Shown here in pieces: positions 17,553 to 25,570 of a DNA stretch of 54,423 nt; within the stretch, counting starts at the first letter, position 1, and every line of letters starts with the position of its first letter. Source of the DNA: Candidatus Levyibacteriota bacterium (lineage in GTDB: Bacteria; Patescibacteriota; Microgenomatia; Levybacterales; GWA1-39-11). Location of the stretch: the NCBI GenBank assembly GCA_030645455.1, contig JAUSNA010000018.1:1-54423 (forward strand), given 5' to 3'. The translations under genes and the position numbers were made by a program. The notes below the pieces were generated by a model, which saw only the letters and a program-made list of their open reading frames with translations, ran no database searches and was not told the origin of the DNA.

Positions 17553-19808
17553 TTATTGACGAGCTTCTTGTTCGATGGATATATTTTTCTGATTTAATGG
17601 CAAAATGAGCGGTAGAAAAGGAATACTTCCGGTAAATTGAATTGTTGCATCGGTAATTCCCGAAATTTCTTTTAATTTACCGATAGCCGCATCACGTCCT
17701 TTACCTGCTATTTCCGATGGTACATTTTTTACATCAAGTTGAGGCTTGAAAATCGCATTAAACGAAAGTTTTGCGCTGATATTATTTCTATTTTGCTTGA
17801 TGTCGGTAATTGTTATTGAGCTATCATCACCGGAAAGCTTAAAATCTTCGGGTACATCAAATTCACTTGAAGAAGAAATAAAGTTGGACAACTCGTCTTT
17901 TTTGTATACGCCAAGAGTATACTCAATTGAAGCATTTAGCGTAATATTTTCAGCTTCTTCATTCTCTTTCTTGTCATATTTCTTTTCCTTAAAATCGACC
18001 GAAAGAAAGGTAGGCATCAATGCTTCATTTTGAGAAATACGTGATTCAGCGTCACTTTTCGCCTTATCAAAGAGTCTTTCAGTCACGGTTTCCTCCAAAG
18101 CAAGCAAATCCTTTTTAGCAACAACCTGAATCTCTTCTTTGCTTCCTCCCGAAAAAGCAGCGTCATTGCGCCCAAAGACGGTGGAAGTTGGCATCCCCTC
18201 GATAGTAAAGTTTGTTTGGGAAGGGAGATTGTACTCTTTCCCGAAATTTGAAGCTGTTACTTTAACCTGTGCGTTTGAAAATGATGTCGCAAAAGAACTG
18301 GTCGAAGCGATATTGACGGCATCATTAAGAGTAAATTTCAAATTATTAGAAGAAGTAATAGTTGTCCCCTTATCAATCTGCCTCGGACTTTCCGATTTGT
18401 TAAAAATTGTAATAGCACCTATTGCCTTCTCGCCTGTATCTTTCTGACCGGTTGTTTCCTGCGATTCTTCTCCTTCAACCTCCTGGACTACAGTTGAGAT
18501 CCGTAATGTTTTATCCTCAAATGATGATTCACCGCTTGTAGTAAGCGTTATTGCCATAGCATTTTCAGCAAATGCTTTTTGATCCGTAAAAATCGTTACT
18601 TTTGCTTTTAATAAAACGGTGTAATAAGCAGTTAGAAGAAGAGCAACGACGAAAAGTGCCGCAAATGGGATTATTAGTCTTCTCCCGTTTCCAACCATTT
18701 TGGGAATGCGGCCAACTGATTGAGGCGTAATAAGACCTGCAAAAAATGTTCCTATTCCGGCAGCTAGTGACTTCCCTTCCTTTCTGTTGGGGTCGGGGGT
18801 ATCTTCTTCAAAAACCTCTTCACCGGCAGCATCACTAGGTTCGTCTTGCCCGTGATGGCGTACGATCGGCTCATGTCCAACCTCTTCTGCAAAATCAAAC
18901 CCCTCGTCAGCAGGTGTTGCAGCAGGGCTTGGAGGCTGCGTGGGCTGAACACTGGCAATATCTTCGTCCATCAGAAATCCAAAAGTATCCTTACTCTCCG
19001 AAACAAACTCCTCATTTTCACCAATTACCTCGCTCGTTGCAATGTTAATATCTCCACTCACGGTAACATTTAATTGAGAAGCAACACCGTTAATTATTGC
19101 CTCATTTTCAAATCCACGGTCGAGAATTGCAACTTGCGGAAGATGCATGAAAGGCAATTCTTTGGTCCAATGATGAGAGAGAAACTTCTGAGATACTTCT
19201 TCTGCTTCTTTATTGTGAAGGAGTATTATTTTTGAGGGTAAAACGTCGAGTTGCGTGACATTACCCAATAAACGTTCGACCGTTTTTTCCACACCATCCT
19301 CAATCGGCCCTTGTTTTATATCGATAATATTCCCGCTTCTTACTATAAAAACACTGAGGTATTTCTCGGATAAATCAACAAAAATTCCGCTTACCGGCAC
19401 CCCTTCTTTCCTTTGAAGTGATGCAATAATCGCCTCAATCGATACTATAAAGCCCATTGGGGTAAGTGCTAATTCCTCACTCACTTTTTTAAGCTGTGAT
19501 AGTCTATTTGCTTTAATTTTTCCCTCCTCAACCCATGAATGAGGAACAGAAAAAATTGTTTTTTCAAGTATTGCACCCTCGGGAAGACTCATTTCAAGGC
19601 GGGAAATAACAGTATCACATGTTGTTACGAAATCCTCTACAGAAGCGTTATCCAAATCAATCGCGGCCTCATAAGATGCCAAAATTACAAGAACTTTTTC
19701 CTGTTCCTTAAAAAGGATAGAAGAAATTTTTTCCGACTCAAAAATAAGAGACAGAAAAAAATCAGTTGAAACAGTCTTGGTTAAAAATGGTATAGCAGGC
19801 AGCTTCAT
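17553..19808 (-). CDS. large single-pass membrane protein: cytoplasmic actin/FtsA-like N-domain, acidic Pro-rich linker, TM helix, extracytoplasmic domain tentatively baseplate-J-like
   Basis: I placed the start at ATG 19808 (MKLPAIPFLTK), because the upstream TTG-initiated 14 codons are AT-rich word-repeat spacer. TM helix LIIPFAALFVVALLLTAYYTVLL. The C-terminal block GEKAIGAITIFNKSE...GTTITSSNNLKFTLNDAV...VKVTASNFGKEYNL resembles proteins annotated as baseplate J family in CPR genomes (from memory, unverified). Confidence 0.7.
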   Translation of the reverse strand: MKLPAIPFLTKTVSTDFFLSLIFESEKISSILFKEQEKVLVILASYEAAIDLDNASVEDFVTTCDTVISRLEMSLPEGAILEKTIFSVPHSWVEEGKIKANRLSQLKKVSEELALTPMGFIVSIEAIIASLQRKEGVPVSGIFVDLSEKYLSVFIVRSGNIIDIKQGPIEDGVEKTVERLLGNVTQLDVLPSKIILLHNKEAEEVSQKFLSHHWTKELPFMHLPQVAILDRGFENEAIINGVASQLNVTVSGDINIATSEVIGENEEFVSESKDTFGFLMDEDIASVQPTQPPSPAATPADEGFDFAEEVGHEPIVRHHGQDEPSDAAGEEVFEEDTPDPNRKEGKSLAAGIGTFFAGLITPQSVGRIPKMVGNGRRLIIPFAALFVVALLLTAYYTVLLKAKVTIFTDQKAFAENAMAITLTTSGESSFEDKTLRISTVVQEVEGEESQETTGQKDTGEKAIGAITIFNKSESPRQIDKGTTITSSNNLKFTLNDAVNIASTSSFATSFSNAQVKVTASNFGKEYNLPSQTNFTIEGMPTSTVFGRNDAAFSGGSKEEIQVVAKKDLLALEETVTERLFDKAKSDAESRISQNEALMPTFLSVDFKEKKYDKKENEEAENITLNASIEYTLGVYKKDELSNFISSSSEFDVPEDFKLSGDDSSITITDIKQNRNNISAKLSFNAIFKPQLDVKNVPSEIAGKGRDAAIGKLKEISGITDATIQFTGSIPFLPLILPLNQKNISIEQEARQ

Positions 19809-19892
19809 GAGTAATTGATTAATGATAAATGATTTATGATTAATGAACAAAGATTAATTTCTATTAATCATTAGCTATTAGCCATCAACCAT

Positions 19893-21773
19893 TTACGTTA
19901 CCTTCACATAGATACGTCTTACCCCACGGGCAACGCCTTCTTCTTTTAGTATAGCAAAACTTTTAATATGAGATGTTTTTTCAACATGCGGTCCCCCGCA
20001 AAACTCGACCGAATAGTCCCCTACAAAATATATTTTTACTTCTTCTGCATATTTATCATTAAAAAGCCCAATCGCGCCTAAATCTCGGGCTTTTTGGAGC
20101 GGCATGATTTCAAAGTGAACAGGTAAGTCATTTTTTATTTTCGAGTTTACAATATCTGTTACTTTTTGTATTTCTTCGTCAGTAACCTTTCTGTCAAAGG
20201 CGAAATCAAACCTCACCCTCTCCTCAGTTATATTACTTCCTGTCTGATGAACAGAATTTCCCAAAACATCCCTCAACGCCTGATGCATCAAATGCGTAGC
20301 CGTATGTCCTTTTACTGTCAACTCGGAATGGTCAGCTAGCCCCCCGGCAAATTTTTGCGCTGCACCTTTGCGCGATAATTCCTGATGCTCTTTGATTTTT
20401 TGAGCCAATTCCTGATCATCGAATATGTACCCAAGACTTTTGAGCTGGGTCGGTCCAAGTCCAAACGAAGTGATTGCCTTAAAAGCAACGTCTGCTGAAA
20501 TTTGAGTTACACCCATCAACTCGTCGCCAACAGTTACTTCATCGGAAATCTTTGCAATTTCACGCTCAATCATCTTTTTTCCACCTGAAAGCGCTTTCTG
20601 ATACGTTGACTCCTCTTCAAGAATGGTATTTTTTATTTCCTCAAATTTCTCAACAAGAATAGGGTCTGTTTCCTTGTATTGGTTAACTATCGTTTCTAAA
20701 ATCGGTGAAATATCGGATCCGGAAAGTAGGTAAAAATTATCCAAACCACGCCGGATAAGACGGCGTAAAAGGTATCCCTGTTCTTTATTTGAAGGCTTAA
20801 CGTTATTTGAAGAAATGAATATTGAGCCGAGGAAGTGATCTAGCACAATTCTCATTTCACGGGCATTATTTTTATATTCTTTTTTAGTATTTGATACTAT
20901 TGATTCGATAATTGGATAGAAAAGTGATGTTTCAAAAACATCCTGTTTGTTCTCGGTTGCAGCAACAAGCCGTTCAAGCCCGCCTCCAAAATCCACATTT
21001 TGCTTTGGCAATTTTTCAAATCCACTATCACGCTTTATATACTGCATAAAAACAGAATTCCCTATCTCCATATACCTCCCACAATCACAATTGACGTGAC
21101 AGGGTTCCACCCTTTCAACTGTTTTTTCATATATTTCGTGCGAACCTAAATCCTCACCAAAATCGTAAAATACTTCGCTGTCTGGTCCACCAGGCTCACC
21201 AATTGGCATTTTATCGGGAGTACCGCTTCTACTCCACCAATTTTTCTCAACTCCATACTTAAAAATTCTATTTTCCGAATTTATTCCTTTTTCCTCAAAT
21301 AAATTTTTCCAAATCTCCAGACTCTCCTTGTCTTCCTCAATTCCATCAAAACCTGAGAAAACAGTAACGTAAAGTTTGGATGGATCAAGACCTAGGCCTT
21401 CTGTTTTGCTAGTCAAAAACTCGAAAAACCATGAGATTTGTTCTTTCTTGAAATACCCGCCTAGACTAGCCGTATCTCCAGGCGAGGCTGGGTCACCCAA
21501 ACTCCAATTTCCAAGCATTCTAAAAAATGTAGTATGTCTGTTGTCTCCAATTTCATCGATATCCTGTGCTCGAAAACAATTCTGTGCGTTAACTAGACGC
21601 AGTCCTTGTGGATGCTGTTCCCCCAAAAGAAACGGGACTAAAGGCTGCATTCCTGAAGAAGTAAACAAAGTTGTAGGATCATTTAAAGGGACAAGAGATG
21701 AGTTCTCAATTCTAACATGACCTCGTTTTTCGAAAAATTGGATATATCTATTTAGAATTTCTGAAGCTGTCAT
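19893..21773 (-). CDS. alaS: alanine--tRNA ligase (short form lacking the C-Ala/DHHA1 domain)
   Basis: 626 aa. Class II core FTSSGMQP and RAQDIDEIGDNRHTTFFRMLGNWSLG. Editing-domain Zn ligands HTATHLMHQALR and CGGPHV. The protein ends right after the editing domain. Confidence 0.95.
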   Translation of the reverse strand: MTASEILNRYIQFFEKRGHVRIENSSLVPLNDPTTLFTSSGMQPLVPFLLGEQHPQGLRLVNAQNCFRAQDIDEIGDNRHTTFFRMLGNWSLGDPASPGDTASLGGYFKKEQISWFFEFLTSKTEGLGLDPSKLYVTVFSGFDGIEEDKESLEIWKNLFEEKGINSENRIFKYGVEKNWWSRSGTPDKMPIGEPGGPDSEVFYDFGEDLGSHEIYEKTVERVEPCHVNCDCGRYMEIGNSVFMQYIKRDSGFEKLPKQNVDFGGGLERLVAATENKQDVFETSLFYPIIESIVSNTKKEYKNNAREMRIVLDHFLGSIFISSNNVKPSNKEQGYLLRRLIRRGLDNFYLLSGSDISPILETIVNQYKETDPILVEKFEEIKNTILEEESTYQKALSGGKKMIEREIAKISDEVTVGDELMGVTQISADVAFKAITSFGLGPTQLKSLGYIFDDQELAQKIKEHQELSRKGAAQKFAGGLADHSELTVKGHTATHLMHQALRDVLGNSVHQTGSNITEERVRFDFAFDRKVTDEEIQKVTDIVNSKIKNDLPVHFEIMPLQKARDLGAIGLFNDKYAEEVKIYFVGDYSVEFCGGPHVEKTSHIKSFAILKEEGVARGVRRIYVKVT

Positions 21774-21817
21774 TATAGGACCAATTGTAGCAGATTATCC
21801 TCAAAAACTCGAGGTAA

Positions 21818-22153
21818 TTACTCTTGGAGTGATGAGGGTTGTTCAGGTGTATATTTTAATTGAAGACTAACGTTTGGGTCCATTGTTCTCATAAATGAAT
21901 ACCCTGAACCATTAATTTCCCCTGCTCTTAAGTATTTTGCTTCTTCATGACGATTTTTTCCATCATATTGGAAAGAGGAAAAACCAAATATTTCATCATC
22001 ATCAGTTACTTTCACGACGTGTCCTTGCACATAATGACCATCCGGAGTTTTACCCTCGTGAATATGAGAAAAAACACTTCCCACCTCAACGGGTTCTTTT
22101 TTTACAACTTCGAAATCCTGATCAGGTCGATAATAGATAGCTTCAATTGCCAT
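21818..22153 (-). CDS. hypothetical protein (111 aa)
   Basis: The ORF has its own near-consensus promoter (see 22160-22187). No motif recognised. Confidence 0.6.
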   Translation of the reverse strand: MAIEAIYYRPDQDFEVVKKEPVEVGSVFSHIHEGKTPDGHYVQGHVVKVTDDDEIFGFSSFQYDGKNRHEEAKYLRAGEINGSGYSFMRTMDPNVSLQLKYTPEQPSSLQE

Positions 22154-22159
22154 ATTGGT

Positions 22160-22187
22160 AATATACCACTAGTCAACTTAATGTCAA
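22160..22187 (-). promoter_or_regulatory. near-consensus sigma70 promoter abutting the start codon of the 111-aa gene (leaderless candidate)
   Basis: The minus strand reads TTGACA (22187-22182), 16 nt, TATATT (22165-22160), 6 nt, ATG 22153. Confidence 0.55.
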
Positions 22188-22223
22188 TAGTAAAATTTGC
22201 CACGACACCGGAAACAAAACAGA

Positions 22224-22703
22224 CTAGAAAAGTTTTCTTAATCTTTCATCAAAGTCATTGGAATCATTATTTACGAATTCGGCATGGACAACATTTACCT
22301 TTTCCCATTTCTTCTTATAATCTTCCAAAAGATCTATAGTAAAAAAATGCTTTTTCCTATTTGAAATGCGTTTTATGTGTGTTCTATCATCTGTTGTTAC
22401 AAGAATGAGTTTTACTTTTCCGGAAAAAGAATTAATTATCAAACCCCTTGAGACATTATCGGGAAGACTGTCTGCAACAGCAATATTTTCGTGATGTTTT
22501 TGCATTTGTTTGAGGTGTTGAATTATCCGACCCAATTTTAAAAGTCTATCCTCAACAGAAAAAGATTTATTCAACAATTTTTCCCGATCTTCATCTGTCA
22601 AAAAATCATCAGCATCAATGTGGGGAAAGTGTCCAATTCGCGCCAAGTGAGAAGCGCAATAATCTTTGCCAATTCCGGGATATCCAAAAAACCAATATAT
22701 CAT
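22224..22703 (-). CDS. small P-loop kinase, gluconokinase (GntK)-like
   Basis: 159 aa. Walker A GYPGIGKD (Asp where Ser/Thr is usual), DADDFL...EDR block, and RISNRKKHFFTIDLLEDY resembling GntK RLKARKGHFFKTQMLVTQF. Confidence 0.55.
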   Translation of the reverse strand: MIYWFFGYPGIGKDYCASHLARIGHFPHIDADDFLTDEDREKLLNKSFSVEDRLLKLGRIIQHLKQMQKHHENIAVADSLPDNVSRGLIINSFSGKVKLILVTTDDRTHIKRISNRKKHFFTIDLLEDYKKKWEKVNVVHAEFVNNDSNDFDERLRKLF

Positions 22704-22987
22704 GATTTAACTGAAAGTTCGTGTAAAACTCCTTCCCTTAACACACCGTCTTCCAGAGGACGAAAAATGTGCTCGGCATCAACAAACTCAAAGCTATCTC
22801 CTACCGGTTCAAAAAAAGTAGTTCTCAAACACTTTTTACCATCATCAATCGTTGATATTGAAAAATCTTTTGCTGCCATCCTTACAATCGTAGGATTTTG
22901 ACCAAAAATATCTTCTTGCTCCAAAAGTCGCGAGGCTGCGATAAAAAAATCTCTTCTCTTGTACTGTATGTCATCAATTTCTACCAT
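22700..22987 (-). CDS. hypothetical protein (95 aa)
   Basis: 4-nt ATGA overlap with the downstream kinase gene, and a start 3 nt after the nth stop, which suggests translational coupling. No motif recognised. Confidence 0.55.
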   Translation of the reverse strand: MVEIDDIQYKRRDFFIAASRLLEQEDIFGQNPTIVRMAAKDFSISTIDDGKKCLRTTFFEPVGDSFEFVDAEHIFRPLEDGVLREGVLHELSVKS

Positions 22988-22990
22988 CTT

Positions 22991-23605
22991 TTATATGAAT
23001 TTCCGAAGTGAACACTCCACGTGCTTACATGATGCTTTACAGTATTCGCGTCCATAATATATAAGACCCAAACCAAATTCCCGCCAGTCTTTCTGAGGGA
23101 CTATCTCCATTAAATCGCGTTCAATTTTTACCGGATCTTTTTGACTACTCAAACCAAACAAATTTGCAAGTCGCTTGACGTGGGTATCAACAACTATTCC
23201 CTCTGATTTTCCAAAAGCCTCCTGCAAAATTACATTTGCTGTTTTGCGACCAATAAATGGAAGCTTTAAGAGATCATCCATATTCTCGGGCATCTTGCCT
23301 TTGTATTCGGTTGAAACAATATCCGCTGCTTTTTTTATAGCTTTTGCTTTTCCTTTATAAAAATTTATCGAATGAATATCTGTCTCAAATTCTTGTAATG
23401 AAACTTTAGTATAGTCATTTAAAGTTTTGTATTTTCGAAACAATATATCGGTTACTTTATTGACTCCAACATCCGTTTGCTGAGCGGAAAGTGCAACAGC
23501 AACATACAGTTCCCAAGGGTTTGAGTGATTGAGTGGCGTCTTAGGATTGGGAAACAATTCTTTAAGTTTTGAAACAATATCTTTCGCCTTTTGATTATTA
23601 TTCAT
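22991..23605 (-). CDS. nth: endonuclease III (HhH-GPD DNA glycosylase/AP lyase)
   Basis: 204 aa. HhH motif LPFIGRKTANVIL, VDTHVKRL, and a C-terminal Cys cluster CKASCKHVEC. TATAAT (23617-23612) lies 6 nt upstream of the ATG. Confidence 0.9.
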   Translation of the reverse strand: MNNNQKAKDIVSKLKELFPNPKTPLNHSNPWELYVAVALSAQQTDVGVNKVTDILFRKYKTLNDYTKVSLQEFETDIHSINFYKGKAKAIKKAADIVSTEYKGKMPENMDDLLKLPFIGRKTANVILQEAFGKSEGIVVDTHVKRLANLFGLSSQKDPVKIERDLMEIVPQKDWREFGLGLIYYGREYCKASCKHVECSLRKFI

Positions 23606-23837
23606 AATTTAATTATATATTACTCTATATTTAATAATTTGCCATTCTGTGCGTAGCGTATGAAAAATTAACGAGCAAACGTTAAGAAAAAGAAAAGTCG
23701 AATACGCACCGCTTGCATATGAGATGCTTTTCTTTTTTAGTTTGGCGAGAGAGTTTTAAATACTCGGAGCACGGCATGGCAGAGGCTTTACTACTTTCCC
23801 CGGCAGGAAAGTACAAGAAAAAACGAAGGAATACTAG

Positions 23838-23858
23838 ATCCCGGATCAAATCCGGGAT
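23838..23858 (-). terminator. REP-like perfect hairpin downstream of yvcK
   Basis: ATCCCGGA-TCAAA-TCCGGGAT (8-bp arms, 5-nt loop), 10 nt past the yvcK stop. On the minus strand a T-rich run (TTCGTTTTTTC) follows ~12 nt later, so it is not a textbook terminator. Confidence 0.4.
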
Positions 23859-23867
23859 GACAATACT

Positions 23868-24803
23868 TTATTCAATTATCTTACTCAAAACTTTAGCCAA
23901 TTTTTCTGGATCGTGCCGCAAAAACATACCTTCTCTTAAGAAATCGGCAGCAATTATATTTGAATCTTTCAAATCATTTTTTACAAATTCTACATTCTCC
24001 TTTTCATAACGTTTTACAATTTCACCTGTTGGTTTTTCCGTATTTACCGTCACGCAGTCAATTATATTTTTTCCCAAATATTCCTCCATCTTCTCAACAA
24101 AATCGGAGGCTAAAAATCCATTGGTTTCACCGAATTTTGTCATGATGTTTACGTTATAAATAATTTTTGCTTTGGTATTTTTTAAAGCCGAGACAATCCC
24201 CTCAACAACAAGATTTGGCAAGATGGAAGTATAAACATCCCCGGGTCCTAAAATAATTGCATCAGCTTTTTTGATAGCTTCAAGGGCCTTAGGGTTTGCT
24301 TTTGCATTCGGTTTTAAAAAAATATTTTTGATACTTATTGTCCCATCATGCTTTGGAATATCAATATTTGTCTCTCCTTCAACAACTTTTCCATTAGAAA
24401 GCGTTGCAAAAAGTTTGGTTCTGGTTAAAGTCACAGGAATTACTTCTCCCTTTATATTGAGCACGTCTCCTGCCTCCGCTATCGCGCTTCCAAAATCCCC
24501 TGTTATTTTTTCAAGAGCTGTCAGAAGTAAATTTCCCATACTGTGTCCTTTGAGCGACGTCTCTTCACCAAACCTGAAATTGAAAAGCTCGGACAGTACT
24601 TTTTTATTAGAATCGGACAAAGCAATTAAAGCCCGCCTGATATCTCCTGCCGGAAGAGTACCAAATTCTTCACGAAGTAACCCAGTCGACCCTCCATCAT
24701 CAGCCATAGATACTATTGCGCAAAGCTCAAAAGGGTAATCCTTAAGTCCCGTCAAAACCGTAAAAACACCCGTTCCTCCCCCAATTACAACAACTTTTTT
24801 CAT
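23868..24803 (-). CDS. yvcK: YvcK/CofD-like family protein (gluconeogenesis factor, UPF0052)
   Basis: 311 aa. MKKVVVIGGGTG..., MADDGGSTGLLREEFG, PGDIRRALIAL. Confidence 0.85.
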   Translation of the reverse strand: MKKVVVIGGGTGVFTVLTGLKDYPFELCAIVSMADDGGSTGLLREEFGTLPAGDIRRALIALSDSNKKVLSELFNFRFGEETSLKGHSMGNLLLTALEKITGDFGSAIAEAGDVLNIKGEVIPVTLTRTKLFATLSNGKVVEGETNIDIPKHDGTISIKNIFLKPNAKANPKALEAIKKADAIILGPGDVYTSILPNLVVEGIVSALKNTKAKIIYNVNIMTKFGETNGFLASDFVEKMEEYLGKNIIDCVTVNTEKPTGEIVKRYEKENVEFVKNDLKDSNIIAADFLREGMFLRHDPEKLAKVLSKIIE

Positions 24804-24854
24804 AAACTTAGAAGAATTGTATACTTCTTTTTTCTAACATTCAAACCCATTTAT

Positions 24855-24886
24855 TTATGTATCATATATTGATATATGATACATAA
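24855..24886. promoter_or_regulatory. 32-bp perfect palindrome (15-bp arms, 2-nt centre) in the yvcK/pyrE divergent region; candidate operator
   Basis: TTATGTATCATATAT-TG-ATATATGATACATAA read directly. A related half-site, CATCATATA, lies at 24914-24922 just before the pyrE ATG (24924). Confidence 0.5.
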
Positions 24887-24923
24887 TATTATTGATAAAT
24901 TTATGATATAGTACATCATATAA

Positions 24924-25568
24924 ATGGACTCGTCACGAAGAATTGCAAAATTGCTGCTTTCAATTGACGCCGTAACCATTTCTCCTGATAACCCGTACCG
25001 TTATTCATCCGGAATTCTATCTCCCGTCTATTCGGACATGAGACTGCTTGTTTCTTATCCAACAGAGCGCAAAATTGTCATAAATGAATTGGCAAATATT
25101 ATTAAAGGTCTTGGCAAGTGCGATATACTGGCAGGAACTTCAACTGCGGGAATTCCTCATGCTGCATTTTTAGCAATGAAACTTGATATGCCAATGGTTT
25201 ATGTAAGGGGCAAAGCAAAAGACCACGGTAAAAAATCCCAGATTGAAGGTCTCTTTAAAAAAGGACAAAGGGCAATAATAATTGAAGACCTTATATCAAC
25301 CGGAGGGAGTTCTCTTGAAACTTTAGAAGCGTTGAAACATGCAGGAGGAAAAGTAAAAAATATTGTCGCAATTTTTACCTACACAATGCCTATCTCAGTT
25401 GCCAATATGAAAAAGGCGGGAATAAAACTTACAACACTTACAACGTTTCCCCAGGTAGTTGATATGGCGGTCAAAATGGGAAAAATGAAGGAAAAAGACA
25501 AACAAACCGTTCTTGACTGGCTCAAGGACCCCGCAGGTTGGGGAAAGAAAATGGGATTTGAGAAATAA
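24924..25568 (+). CDS. pyrE: orotate phosphoribosyltransferase
   Basis: 214 aa. PRPP-binding loop RAIIIEDLISTGGSS. Typical PyrE length and N-terminal orotate-binding region. Confidence 0.92.
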   Translation: MDSSRRIAKLLLSIDAVTISPDNPYRYSSGILSPVYSDMRLLVSYPTERKIVINELANIIKGLGKCDILAGTSTAGIPHAAFLAMKLDMPMVYVRGKAKDHGKKSQIEGLFKKGQRAIIIEDLISTGGSSLETLEALKHAGGKVKNIVAIFTYTMPISVANMKKAGIKLTTLTTFPQVVDMAVKMGKMKEKDKQTVLDWLKDPAGWGKKMGFEK

Positions 25569-25570
25569 GT

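Noticed and set aside
21774-21817. T-box leader upstream of alaS
   Set aside because: The spacer is only 44 nt, far too short for a T-box (over 180 nt). It contains just a TACAAT box and a weak 4-bp hairpin.
22224-22987. Epsilon/zeta-type toxin-antitoxin pair (95-aa acidic protein plus P-loop kinase with a 4-nt overlap)
   Set aside because: The kinase is only 159 aa, and its motifs (DADDF, EDR, R..KKHFF) match gluconokinase-type small kinases better than zeta toxins (about 250+ aa, GQPGSGKT). I kept it only as a low-interest observation.
23713-24009. 98-aa plus-strand ORF
   Set aside because: It overlaps the 3' end of yvcK in antisense and translates the REP-like hairpin (…RSRIKSGMT…). It has no RBS.
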